From NCBI GenBank assembly GCA_040954595.2, contig CM082589.2, positions 11,730,894 through 11,794,893 on the forward strand: a stretch of 64,000 nt of DNA, in the 5' to 3' direction. This stretch comes from Balanoglossus misakiensis (taxonomy: Eukaryota > Animalia > Hemichordata). Numbering within the stretch: the stretch's first letter is position 1; each line of letters starts with the position of its first letter. The notes beneath the pieces were generated by a model. That model worked only from the letters and a program-made list of their open reading frames with translations, was not told where the DNA came from and did no database searches. The translations under genes and the position numbers were made by a program. Positions 10,901-24,246 of the stretch are shown piece after piece.

Positions 10901-13900
10901 CCAGGCCGAAGGAAATCCGACTTGATCACCGTTGCTAACGAACGCTAGTGTCTGTCATGGTGTGCCGGGGTTTTAGTCGAGCCAGGCCGTAAGAGATCTG
11001 ACTTGATCATCGTGGTCAATGTACGCGTGTTTCCGCTCTAAAATGCCGGGGCTTCAGCTAAACCAGACCGTAGGAAATCCGACGTAATCACCGTTGATAA
11101 CTTACGCCAGTCTGTGTCATATAGAGCCGGTGCACCAGCCGAGTCACGCCGTAGGAAATCTGACTTGATCAACGTGGTCAATGTACGCCTGTTTCTGCCC
11201 TAGAGTGCCGGGGCTTCAGCTGAGCCAGGCCGTAGGAAACCCGACGTGATTACCGTTGTTAACTTACGCCAGTCTGTGTCCTATATATAGTGCCGGGGCA
11301 TCAGCCGTGCCAGGCCGAAGGAAATGTGAGTAGATCAACGTGGTCTCTGTACGCGTGTTTCTGCTCTAGAGTGCCGGGGCTTTATCCAAGCCATGCCGTA
11401 GAAAATCTGTCTTGATCACCGTTGCTAACGTACGCTAGTGTCTGTAATATTGTGACGGAGATTTAGCCGAGCCAGGCCTTAGAAAAATCGACTCGTTCAA
11501 CGTTACCAGTGTGCAACTGTTTCTGCTCTAGAGTGTCAGGGTTTTAGCCGACTTATGCTGTAGGAAATCTGAGTTGATGAACGGGAATTCAATGTTAGAA
11601 AACCCGAGTGGAAAGTATCTCTACCCGTTTGAAACTAAGAAAAGAATTTATTCTTATTTATTTTGTAAAAAAGACAATTTTTCCAAAAAAAAGTCGAAAA
11701 TGGTAATTTTGTCTTGGGTGATTCAAATTATACCACCTTTTCTGGAATTTGCAGCACTTTTTACAAGAGAACGACACTTCATGCTCCATAATATTTCCGA
11801 AAATGAAGAAAAGAGTTAATTTTTTATGATTTTTTAAAAATTTACCATTTTTGTCAAAATATGGCCAAAATGGCTATTTTTTCTTGAATTCGTCGGTGTT
11901 TGAAACGCCCTGGTTAAATTCGGGCTTTCTCTATAAATTGACAGGCAATAATGCAGTCCTACCCGAACAAATGTCGAGTGTTGACCCGCTGTGACTTTCC
12001 CTCTTCGGTTTGCCCGACTTAGCCAACGTCTTTGTACTAGAGTGTCGGGTCTTTTGCAGAGCCAGGCCGAAGGAAATCCGACTTGATCACTGTTGCTAAC
12101 GAACGCTAGTGTCTGTCATGGTGTGCCGGGGTTTTAGTCGAGCCAGGCCGTAGGAGATCTGACTTGATCATCGTGGTCAATGTACGCGTGTTTCCGCTCT
12201 AAAGTGCCGGGGCTTCAGCTAAACCAGGCCGTAGGAAATCCGACGTAATCACCGTTGATAACTTACGCCAGTCTGTGTCATATAGAGCCGGTGCACCAGC
12301 CGAGTCACGCCGTAGGAAATCTGACTTGATCAACGTGGTCAATGTACGCCTGTTTCTGCTCTAGAGTGCCGGGGCTTCAGCTGAGCCAGGCCGTAGGAAA
12401 CCCGACGTGATTACCGTTGTTAACTTACGCCAGTCTGTGTCCTATATATAGCGCCGGGGCATCAGCCGTGCCAGGCCGAAGGAAATGTAAGTAAATCAAC
12501 GTGGTCTCTGTACACGTGTTTCTGCTCTAGAGTGCCAGGGCTTTAGCCAAGCCATGCCGTGGGAAATCTGACTTGATCAACGTTGCTAACGAACGCTAGT
12601 GTCTGTTATAGTGTGCCGGGGTTTTAGTCGAGCCAAGCCGTAGGAGATCAGACTTGATCAACGTGGTCTCTGTACGCGTGTTTCTGCTCTAGAGTGCCGG
12701 GGCTTTATCCAAGCCATGCCGTAGAAAATCTGACTTGATCACCGTTGCTAACGTACGCTAGTGTCTGTCATATTGTGACGGAGATTTAGCCGAGCCAGGC
12801 CGTAGAAAAATCGACTTATTCAACGTTACCAGTGTGCAACTGTTTCTGCTCTAGAGTGTCAGGGTTTTAGCCGACTTATGCTGTAGGAAACCTGAGTTGA
12901 TGAACGGGAATTCAATGTTAGAAAACCCGTGTGGAAAGTATCTCTACCCGTTTGAAACTAAGAAAAGAATTTATTCTTATTTATTTTGTAAAAAAGACAA
13001 TTTTTCGAAAAAAAAGTCGAAAATGGTAATTTTGTCTTGGGTGATTCAAATTATACCGCCTTTTCTTGAATTTGCAGCACTTTTTACAAGAGAACGACAC
13101 TTCATGCTCCATAATATTTCCGAAAATGAAGAAAAGAGTTAATTTTTTATGATTTTTTAAAAATTTACCATTTTTGTCAAAATATGGCCAAAATGGCTAT
13201 TTTTTCTTGAATTCCGTCAATATCTCTGCATTTTTGGAGTGGTCAAAAGTTTTAACATACAATCAACATGTCATATATGATCAGGGCACCAAATTCGAAG
13301 AACAAAGGTTTTTTTTTTTTTTTTTTCTAAAAATGACATTTTCAAGGAAAATTTGGTAAAACGCAATTTTGTCTGCAGTGAGCCAAATTAGACGGTCTTT
13401 TGTGGTATTTGTATCGATATATACATACGAAGAGCATTCTATACTCCATCAGATTTCCGAAAATGTAGAAAACAGGTATTTTTTGTAATTTTCAAAAATT
13501 TACCATTTTGACCAAATTGTGGCTAAAATTGTTATTTTCGTGTTGAATGCCGCCAGTGTCACTGCTTTTAAAAGTCATAAAAACTTTAAACATACAAGCA
13601 ATTGTTTATATATGATCAGGTCACCGAATTAAAAAAATAAAGAATGCTTTGCCTAAAAATGACCTTTTTGGTGCAAAAACGAATAAAACGCAATTTTGTA
13701 TTAAATTAGAGTGCATTTTTTATAATCAGCACCATTTGTACATATAATGGAAATTTCATACATCATCAGATATCCAAATATGAAAAAATGATTTAGATTT
13801 TAGATGATTGTCCAAAATTAGCTGATAACAGATAAATGTAGTATTAAACCGTTCTGTCCCCCCCCCCCTACATTACATGCGGTACGCCGATGTCAGCTTA

Positions 13901-16900
13901 CCCGGCAGTACTGCAGGCCGTGCCCCCAACTAACGTCGGTGTTTGAAACGCCCTGGTTAAATTCGAGCTTTCTCTATAAATTGACAGGCAATAATGCAGT
14001 CCTACCCGAACAAATGTCGAGTGTTGACCCGCTGTGACTTTCCCTCTTCGGTTTGCCCGACTTAGCCAACGTCTTTGTACTAGAGTGTCGGGTCTTTTGC
14101 AGAGCCAGGCCGAAGGAAATCCGACTTGATCACCGTTGCTAACGAACGCTAGTGTCTGTCATGGTGTGCCGGGGTTTTAGTCGAGCCAGGCCGTAGGAGA
14201 TCTGACTTGATCATCGTGGTCAATGTACGCGTGTTTCCGCTCTAAAGTGCCGGGGCTTCAGCTAAACCAGGCCGTAGGAAATCCGACGTAATCACTGTTG
14301 ATAACTTACGCCAGTCTGTGTCATATAGAGCCGGTGCACCAGCCGAGTCACGCCGTAGGAAATCTGACTTGATCAACGTGGTCAATGTATGCCTGTTTCT
14401 GCTCTAGAGTGCCGGGGCTTCAGCTGAGCCAGGCCGTAGGAAACCCGACGTGATTACCGTTGTTAACTTACGCCAGTCTGTGTCCTATATATAGTGCCGG
14501 GGCATCAGCCGTGCCAGGCCGAAGGAAATGTGAGTAGATCAACGTGGTCTCTGTATGCGTGTTTCTGCTCTATAGTGCCAGGGCTTTAGCCAAGCCATGC
14601 CGTAGGAAATCTGACTTGATCAACGTTGCTTACTAACGCTAGTGTCTGTCATAGTGTGCCGGGGTTTTAGTCGAGCCAAGCCGTAGGAGATCAGACTTGA
14701 TCAACGTGCTCTCTGTACGCGTGTTTCTGCTTTAGAGTGCCGGGGCTTTATCCAAGCCATGCCGTAGAAAATCTGACTTCATCACCGTTGCTAACGTACG
14801 CTAGTGTCTGTCATATTGTGACGGAGATTTAGCCGAGCCAGGCCGTAGAAAAATCGACTTGTTCAACGTTACCAGTGTGCAACTGTTTCTGCTCTAGAGT
14901 GTCAGGGTTTTTGCCGACTTATGCTGTATGAAATCTGAGTTGATGAACGGGAATTCAATGTTAGAAAACCCGTGTGGAAAGTATCTCTACCCGTTTGAAA
15001 CTAAGAAAAGAATTTATTCTTATTTTTTTTGTAAAAAAGACAATTTTTCGAAAAAAAGTCGAAAATGGTAAATTTGTCTTGGGTGATTCAAATTATACCG
15101 CCTTTTCTGGAATTTGCAGCACTTTTTACAAGAGAACGACACTTCATGCTCCATAATATTTCCGAAAATGAAGAAAAGAGTTAATTTTTTATGATTTTTT
15201 AAAAAATTACCATTTTTGTCAAAATATGGCCAAAATGGCTATTTTTTCTTGAATTCCGTCAATGTCTCTGCATTTTTGGAGTGGTCGAAAGTTTTAGCAT
15301 ACAATCAACATGTCATATATGATCAGGGCACCAAATTCGAAGAACAAAGGTTTTTTTAGTTTTTTTTCTAAAAATGACATTTTCAAGGAAAATTTGGTAA
15401 AACGCAATTTTGTCTGCCTTGAGCCAAATTAGATAGTCTTTTGTGGAATTTGTATATATATATACATAAGAAGAGCATTCTATACTCCATCAGATTTCCG
15501 AAAATGTACAAAACATGTATTTTTTGTAATTTTCAAAAATTTACCATTTTGACCAAATTGTGGCTAAAATTGTTATTTTCGTGTTGAATGCCGCCAGTGT
15601 CACTGCTTTTAAAAGTCATAAAAACTTTTAACATACAAGCAATTGTTAATATATGATCAGGGCACCGAATTAAAAAAATAAAGAATGTTTTGCCTAAAAA
15701 TGACCTTTTTGGTGCAAAAACGAATAAAACGCTATTTTCTATTAAATCAGCTCATTCAGAGTGCATTTTTTATAATCAGCACCATTTTTACATATAATGG
15801 AAATTTCATACATCATCAGATATCCAAATATGAAAAAATGATTTAGATTTTAGATGATTGTCCAAAATTAGCTGATATCTAATAAATGTAGTATTGAACC
15901 GTTCTGTCCCCCCCCCCCCTACATTATATGCGGTACGCCGATGTCAGCTTACCCGGCAGTACTGCAGGCCGTGCCCCCAACTAACGTCGGTGTTTGAAAC
16001 GCCCTGGTTAAATTCGGGCTTTCTCTATAAATTGACAGGCAATAATGCAGTCCTACCCTAACAAATGTCGAGTGTTGACCCGCTGTGACTTTCCCTCTTC
16101 GGTTTGCCCGACTTAGCCAACGTCTTTGTACTAGTGTCGGGTCTTTTGCAGAGCCAGGCTGAAGGAAATCCGACTTGATCACCGTTGCTAACGAACGCTA
16201 GTGTCTGTCATGGTGTGCCGGGGTTTTAGTCGAGCCAGGCCGTAGGAGATCTGACTTGATCATCGTGGTCAATGTACGCGTGTTTCCGCTCTAAAGCGCC
16301 AGGGCTTCAGCTAAACCAGGCCGTAGGAAATCCGGCGTAATCACCGTTGATAACTTACGCCAGTCTGTGTCATATAGAGCCGGTGCACCAGCCGAGTCAC
16401 GCCGTAGGAAATCTGACTTGATCAACGTGGTCAATGTACGCCTGTTTCTGCTCTAGAGTGCCGGGGCTTCAGCTGAGCCAGGCCGTAGGAAACCCGACGT
16501 GATTACCGTTGTTAACTTACTCCAGTCTGTGTCCTATATATAGTGCCGGGGCATCAACCGTGCCAGGCCGAAGGAAATGTGAGTAGATCAACATGGTCTC
16601 TGTACGCGTGTTTCTGCTCTAGAGTGCCAGGGCTTTAGCCAAGCCATGTCGTAGGAAATTTGACTTGATCAACGTTGCTAACGAACGCTAGTGTCTGCTA
16701 TAGTGTGCCGGGGTTTTAGTCGAGCCAAGCCGTAGGAGATCAAACTTGATTAACGTGGTCTCTGTACGCTTGTTTCTGCTCTAGAGTGCCGGGGCTTTAT
16801 CCAAGCCATGCCGTAGGAAATCTGACATGATCAACGTTGCTAACGTACGCTAGTGTCTGTCATATTGTGACGGAGATTTAGCCGAGCCAGGCCGTAGAAA

Positions 16901-18360
16901 AATCGACTTGTTCAACGTTACCAGTGTGCAACTGTTTCTGCTCTAGAGTGTCAGGGTTTTTGCCGACTTATGCTGTATGAAATCTGAGTTGATGAACGGG
17001 AATTCAATGTTAGAAAACCCGTGTGGAAAGTATCTCTACCCGTTTGAAACTAAGAAAAGAATTTATTCTTATTTATTTTGTAAAAAAGACAATTTTTCGA
17101 AAAAAAGTCGAAAATGGTAATTTTGTCTTGGGTGATTCAAATTATACCGCCTTTTCTGGAATTTGCAGCACTTTTTACAAGAGAACGACACTTCATGCTC
17201 CATAATATTTCCTAAAATGAAGAAAAGAGTTAATTTTTTATGATTTTTTAAAAAATTACCATTTTTGTCAAAATATGGCCAAAATGGCTATTTTTTCTTG
17301 AATTCCGTCAATATCTCTGCATTTTTGGAGTGGTCGAAAGTTTTAACATACAATCAACATGTCATATATGATCAGGGCACCAAATTCGAAGAACAAAGAT
17401 ATTTGTATTTTTTTTCTAAAAATGACATTTTCAAGGACAATTTGGTAAAAGGCAATTTTGTCTGCAGTGAGCCAAATTAGACGGTCTTTTGTGGAATTTG
17501 TATCGATATATACATACGACGAGCATTCTATACTCCATCAGATTTCCAAAAATGTAGAAAACAGGTATTTTTTTGTAATTTTCAAAAAATTACCATTTTG
17601 ACCAAATTGTGGCTAAAATTGTTATTTTCGTGTTGAATGCCGCCAGTGTCACTGCTTTTAAAAGTCATAAAAACTTTTAACATACAAGCAATTCTTTATA
17701 TATGATCAGGTCACCGAATTAAAAAAATAAAGAATGTTTTGCCTAAAAATGACCTTTTAGGTGCAAAAACGAATAAAACGTAATTTTGTATTAAATCAGC
17801 TCATTCAGATTGCATTTTATATAATCAGCACCATTTTTACATATAATGGAAATTTCATACATCATCAGATATCCAAATATGAAAAAATGATTTAGATTTT
17901 AGATGATTGTCCAAAATTAGCTGATATCTAATAAATGTAGTATTGAACCGTTCTGTTCCCCCCCCCTACATTATATGCGGTACGCCGATGTCAGCTTACC
18001 CGGCAGTACTGCAGGCCGTGCCCCCAACTAACGGCGGTGTTTGAAACGCCCTGGTTAAATTCGGGCTTTCTCTATAAATTGACAGGCAATAATGCAGTCC
18101 TACCCGAACAAATGTCGAGTGTTGACCCGCTGTGACTTTCCCTCTTCGGTTTGCCCGACTTAGCCAACGTCTTTGTACTAGAGTGTCGGGTCTTTTGCAG
18201 AGCCAGGCCGAAGGAAATCCGACTTGATCAACGTTGCTAACGAACGCTTGTGTCTGTCATAGTGTGCCGGGGTTTTAGTCGAGCCAAGCCGTAGGAGATC
18301 TGACTTGATCATCGTGGTCAATGTACGCGTGTTTCCGCTCTAAAGTGCCGGGGCTTCAGC

Positions 18361-18667
18361 TATCGGAGATGCTAAAAACTCTGACCATGAGTCATTTTGA
18401 GGATCACAGCTCGGATACTTTGAGCCAATCAGAGCTGAGTATTTTAGCCCAATCAGAGGCCTAGTTAATCACCCAATGACATCTTTCCCGCCAAAACAAA
18501 ATTTGCTACTTTTTTGGCTGGCGTTTTGTGCTCGTGAAATCACTTGTTGAGTGTCCTTCAATAAAAGCTGTTTAAAGGTTGTACAGCTGCGTCCCGCTCC
18601 TGTAATTTCCCCTGCCATCCCCCAGAACCTTGTTCATAAATCCACCCCAGACGTAAAGTACGTCACA
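18361..18667 (+). repeat. BEL 5' LTR (TA...CA)
   Basis: Direct repeat of 23940-24246; contains CCAAT boxes and AATAAA at ~18560. Confidence 0.95.
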
Positions 18668-18671
18668 TATT

Positions 18672-18689
18672 TGGTGCCGAGACCAGGAT
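18672..18689 (+). promoter_or_regulatory. Primer-binding site, tRNA-His-like
   Basis: TGGTGCCGAGACCAGGAT has one mismatch to the complement of an invertebrate tRNA-His 3' end as I recall it (TGGTGCCGTGACCAGGAT). Confidence 0.75.
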
Positions 18690-18698
18690 TTTCCGGTA

Positions 18699-21600
18699 AT
18701 GATGGCAGAACCAGAGGAACAGGAGCACCCAGCACCCGCTCAGGCGGTCCCAGGAGCAAACTCGCTCAACAGGCTGAAAGGTACACGAAGGGGTCACCGT
18801 GGATCCATGACAAGACTTCTCAACAAAGCAGAGGATATCATCTCATCATTTGAAGAGAACGATGACAAGATCGAAGCTCTCGATACCCTCATCACCACGC
18901 GCGAACTGATAAACGCGAAATACGACATTCTCGCATCCCTAGACTTGAAGATCATCGAATCCGTTGACGAAGGCGACCTCGAAGGCGTGATCGAGGAAAC
19001 CGACGACTACTTGCATCAAGTTTTCGATAGCAAGCTCAAGATCGGCCGATTCATCGACAGAAATTCGCGAGCGACATCGCCCGACCGATCTTCCCACGAA
19101 GAAATCACTTCCGCGGCACCCTCCATTCAAAGGAAAACTACAAGTTTGCCGAAACTTCAGCTACCCGTCTTTTCGGGTGACATTCTCAAATGGGTCAGTT
19201 TCCACGACGCGTTCAAATCCGCTGTCCACGACGACAAGAATCTGGGTGACGTCCAGAAATTCCAATACTTACGCGCACAGCTTCAAGGCGAAGCCGCTCG
19301 ATCGATCGAAGGTCTGTCATTGACAAGTTCGAACTACGCACACGCGCTTCAACTTCTCACCGAACGTTATGGCAAAACACACAAGATTATAAGCGCCTAC
19401 ATGAAATCGCTGTGGGACATGCCGAGTCCAGAAGGCGAACTCAGCAGTCTACGAAACTTCTACGACACTCTAGAGAGTAATATTCGCGGTCTCCAATCTC
19501 TCGGTAAAAGCGAAGACGCGTACGGAGATATACTTGTACCCATAGTCTTGGAAAAACTTCCCGGTAACACTCGCAAACAAATCGCACGAGAACACGGTAA
19601 TAATGAATGGAAACTCGGCGACCTACGAAAGGCAATTCTCAAAGAAATCGACGCTCATCAAGCTGGCCTCTCCACCGCTGAATCCGACAGCGATTCTACA
19701 TACGACGAATGCAAGCCGTCGATGACCGCCGCGTTTCACACTAGATCCGCAACCCGTTTCGCTAGGGTGAATAAACCGAAATCGTGTGCGTTTTGCAAAG
19801 GGCAACATTTTGCCAATGAATGCACAACCATTACCGATAAGAAGAAACGTCTTGACATCGTCAAACGCGACAAACTCTGTTTTAACTGCCTCGGCAGGCA
19901 TCGAGTACACGATTGCAAATCGAGATTCAGTTGCCGTTCATGCAACAGAAAGCATCATACCTCGCTTCATACTGATCGAGCTTCGGACAGTTCGAAAACC
20001 CCGACGGAAGACGCGCGCACTCCTTCCGCTACACACGTTCAGTTCGCCCGTACTGAGAACTCGAGTCGCGAGAAAGCGAGAAACGGACCAATTCTCCTGA
20101 AAACCGCGGTCGTTCCAGTCTCTACGAAATTTCAAACGACAATTGACGCCACAGTGTTATTCGACGAAGGCGCGACGCGTTCATTCGTGACCCAAGATTT
20201 CGCGACAAGACTCGGTTTAGAACCGACCGGTACCGAGGTCATTAGACTGACTTCCTTCGGTGACAAATATCCGCGACAAAGATCGATCAATGCAGCGACC
20301 ATTGCATTGCACACGCTTTCCGGCGAAAAGAAAGAGATAAACGTTCTCATCATTCCGCAGATTTCGACGCGAATGAAAAACTTTGCCAAGCAATCAGTTG
20401 CTGACTTGCCTCACCTACGCGGAGTAAACTTTGCTTACCCGGTATCGAACACCGATTCGGTCGAGATTTCCGTGTTAATAGGCGCGGACTACTATTGGGA
20501 TTTTGTCGAAGATCGAGTTATTCGTGGCCCAGGCCCAACCGCTGTACGCTCGAAATTCGGTTACATACTGTCCGGTCCCGTTCACAAGACAAATTCGTCT
20601 GATAGCGATGCGACGATTTTTCATGTTCTCTCAAACACGCACGACGAAGAGATTCAACTCCAAAATTATTGGAACCTCGAGACAATCGGTATTCAAGACG
20701 ATTCGCAATCTGCTGCTATGGATAACAATACCTTTGAAGATTACAGAGACACACATTTGCGCATCGAAAATGGCACATATATCGCGAAGTTGCCATGGAA
20801 GTCCAACCACCCGCCACTACCCACTAACTACGGGGTCACTGATAATCGCACGCGTTCTATGGTGCGTAGGCTTTCACCGGACATTCTGAAAGCGTATGAC
20901 AAAATCATTTCTGATCAGGAATCGCGAGATTTCATCGAAGAAGTACCAGGCGACATGGATACGCGCCGCACCGGTCACTACTTGCCCCATCGCCCCATGA
21001 AAAAAGATTCAGCCACTACGCCAATCAGAATCGTGTATGATTGTAGTTGCAGGCAATCTACCGACACACCGAGTTTGAATGACTGCTTACAAACCGGCCC
21101 ACCTCTGCTCAACGACCTCACACAAATTCTACTTCGGTTTCGCGCAAACCGCTTTGCCTTTACGAGTGACATAGAAAAGGATTTTCTACATGTTCGACTT
21201 GACGAAAGCGATCGTCAATTTACGAATTTTTTGTGGTTGTCTGATCCGACAGACCCGGAAAGCGACTTCAAAACATATCGCTTCAAAGTAGTTCTATTCG
21301 GTGCAGTTTGCTCGCCATTCATTTTAAACGCAGTCGTGAAAACCCCTCTCGAGTCCGCTCAATCCACGCCAACTTCCATCGATCTCAAAAATAATATCTA
21401 CGTTGACAACATACTTAGCGGAGCTGATAGCCCGGGCGAAGCAGTTGGCTACTACAGAGAGTCAAACCGTCTGTTAGAATCTTGCGGATTCAATCTACGA
21501 AGTTGGTCGAGTAACTGTGAAGATGTTCGCGCACTTGCTGCAAAGGATGATAAACTCGAACGCGCTACTGACGTGAACACACTAGGACTTCGCTGGTTAA

Positions 21601-23807
21601 CCGAAACCGACGAACTCGCCTACGCGAAGAAGAATCTCCAAATACCGGACAATCTCACTACGAAACGTGAAGTGGTTCGAACCACTGCCAGCTTATACGA
21701 CCCCCTGGGGTATCTTTCGCCAGTTCTCATTAAGGCGAAACTGTTCATACAGCAACTGTGGATAAAAGGTCTCGCCTGGGACGAACCGCTAGAAAACGAA
21801 CTCAATAAAGAGTGGACAGACATCGCAAGAGAAATACGCGAAACGACCACGTTGAAACTCAATCGCCGATATTTTGACAACTCGCCTGTCAATCAAAACT
21901 ATCAGCTCCACGTGTTCGCCGACTCGAGCATGAAGCTTAGGCCTATGGAGCCGTCGCCTACTTACGACATGCCAATCAAACCGCGCTTTTCATGGCAAAG
22001 AATCGCGTGGCACCTCTCAAAGAGTTCACTCTCCCGCGCCTCGAACTGATGGCCGCCTTGATCGGTGCAAGGCTGTTGCAATTCGTCTCAAACTCCCTAC
22101 AAGGCAAAATTCGCATCACAGAGAAAATTCTGTGGTCTGATAGTCAAATAGTCCTACATTGGTTGAACAGCGACAAGAAACTTCCGATCTTCGTTGCCAA
22201 TCGTGTAAGAGAAACAAACGCGATTTCCTGCACCGCGAAATACTGTCCCACGGGGGACAATCCGGCAGATTTGCTGACCCGCGGGATTTCTACCGCTGAT
22301 CTACGTGAGTCTGGCCTTTGGTGGAACGGCCCACCTTGGCTGAAACAAGGCGACTGGCCTATAAGCGAAGTGTTCGACAGCGCGATTCACCACGCACCGG
22401 TATCGACGGTGAATGAATCGGAACTTCTCCCCGCGAGTAACCCCCTCGAGACGAGACTTCAAAATGAAAAACTCGCGGACTGTTTGACCGCTAAACCCCA
22501 GACAACCGGAATACAACAAGTGATTGACGCGAATCGGTTCAGCACGTTGAACAAACTTCTCCGTGTCACCGCACAAGTGCTACGATTCGTTTCGAACATA
22601 AAACGGAACAGCACTCGGAAATTCGGTCCCCTCACAGCTGAGGAAATACAACATGCCGAAAACACATGGATCAAGGACACCCAAAAACAGACTTTCGGCG
22701 AAACAGGACAACGAGCCGCTCTGACGAAGCCGCTGAAACTTTTCACCGATGACAGAGACATCACAAGATGTGATAGCAGACTACATAACGCGCCAATTGG
22801 CTTCGACGCCAAATTCCCAATTCTGCTACCGCGAAACCATCGATTCACGGAACTCGTCATTCGCGACGCGCATTCGCGTTTACTTCACGCCGGAGTACAA
22901 TCGACCGTAGCTCATTTACGGCAGAAATTCTGGATACCGAGAATACGCCGTACCGTGAGAGCTCTACTGAGTAAGTGTGTCACATGCCGCAAAATCAACG
23001 GGCACGCCTACAGCTACCCAAGACAAGCACCGCTACAAGCAGATCGTGTGAAAACAGCCCCGCCTTTCAACGTAACCGGAGTTGACTTCACCGGAGCGTT
23101 GTACATCAAATCGCCCAAACCTGTACGAGAGAAAAAGGTGTATGTCTGCCTGTTCACTTGCGCTGTTACACGCGCCGTGCATTTGGAACTTGTTGACGAC
23201 TTGTCCGCGAATAGCTTTCTACAAGCATTCCGCCGTTTCGCTGCAAGACGCAATAAAGAAGGTCTTAGGACGCGCCTACGTGACATTCAATGAACTGTAT
23301 ACCTTACTGACCGAAGTTGAGGCCGTAATAAACGACCGACCGATCACATATGTTTCTTCGGATGCTGAAGACGCCGTGCCGTTGACGCCCGCTCATTTAT
23401 TACACGGACGCCCCTTGACAACGGTACCTTATCTCACCGTCGAAGACGATGAACTCACCGACCCGACCTACGGTAACCATAGCGTTCTAAACAAGCGCTA
23501 CACTCTGATGACTACGCTCCAGACGCGATTTTGGCGACGATGGGTATCGGAATATTTGCCCGCGCTACGTGAAAACCACTCGCCAATAGGGAGTCCCGGC
23601 AACAAGATACAGGTTGGGGACGTGGTCCTTGTACATGAAGACGTCAAACGGCGCCTGGAATGGACTTTGGCTACGGTGGAACGACTGAACTACGGACGCG
23701 ACAACCTAGTTCGATCAGCGGAAATCAGAACCGCCAAGGGACACACCACAAGGCCAGTGAGCAAACTCTTCCCGCTGGAAGTGAACTCGCGCTCCGTATC
23801 GACATGA
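18699..23807 (+). pseudogene. BEL/Pao Gag-Pol polyprotein, disrupted (pieces 18699-22049, 21992-23293, ~23250-23807)
   Basis: Gag KLQLPVFSG..W..F and triple Cys-His knuckle; protease LFDEGA; RT YVDN; YDPLG; RNase H HVFADSS...TLPRLEL...WSDS...NPAD; integrase H..HAG..C..C, GVDFTG, LTPAH, PVSKLFPLE. A 5-bp insertion at ~21936 and a deletion at ~23250 break the frame. Confidence 0.93.
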
Positions 23808-23939
23808 AGTGGACATTGACATTGTCTGTGTTTCAATGACAATCGAACAATGGACAATCTGATTTTTCTAGTTTGAATGTATTTCAGAATTTTCTAGTTT
23901 ATTTTTTGATTTCTTGTTCGCTTTTGCGGCCCGGGAGAA

Positions 23940-24246
23940 TATCGGAGATGCTAAAAACTCTGACCATGAGTCATTTTGAGGATCACAGCTCGGATACTTT
24001 GAGCCAATCAGAGCTGAGTATTTTAGCCCAATCAGAGGCCTAGTTAATCACCAAATGACATCTTTCCCGCCAAAACAAAATTTGCTACTTTTTTGGCTGG
24101 CGTTTTGTGCTTGTGAAATCACTTCTTGAGTGACCTTCAATAAAAGCTGTTTAAAGGTTGTACAGCTGCGTCCCGCTCCTGTAATTTCCCCTGCCATCCC
24201 CCAGAACCTTGTTCATAAATCCACCCCAGACGTAAAGTACGTCACA
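23940..24246 (+). repeat. BEL 3' LTR (TA...CA)
   Basis: Direct repeat of 18361-18667. Confidence 0.95.

Larger units (their letters stand above)
18361..24246 (+). mobile_element. BEL/Pao LTR retrotransposon, full-length but defective
   Basis: 307-bp LTRs at 18361-18667 and 23940-24246 with 4 differences seen. 5-bp TSD TCAGC at 18356-18360 and 24247-24251. PBS follows the 5' LTR and CCCGGGAGAA precedes the 3' LTR. Confidence 0.97.

Noticed and set aside
21395-21412. RT motif YVDN as an inactivating mutation
   Set aside because: YVDN occurs naturally in some BEL/Pao lineages, so it is not evidence of decay.
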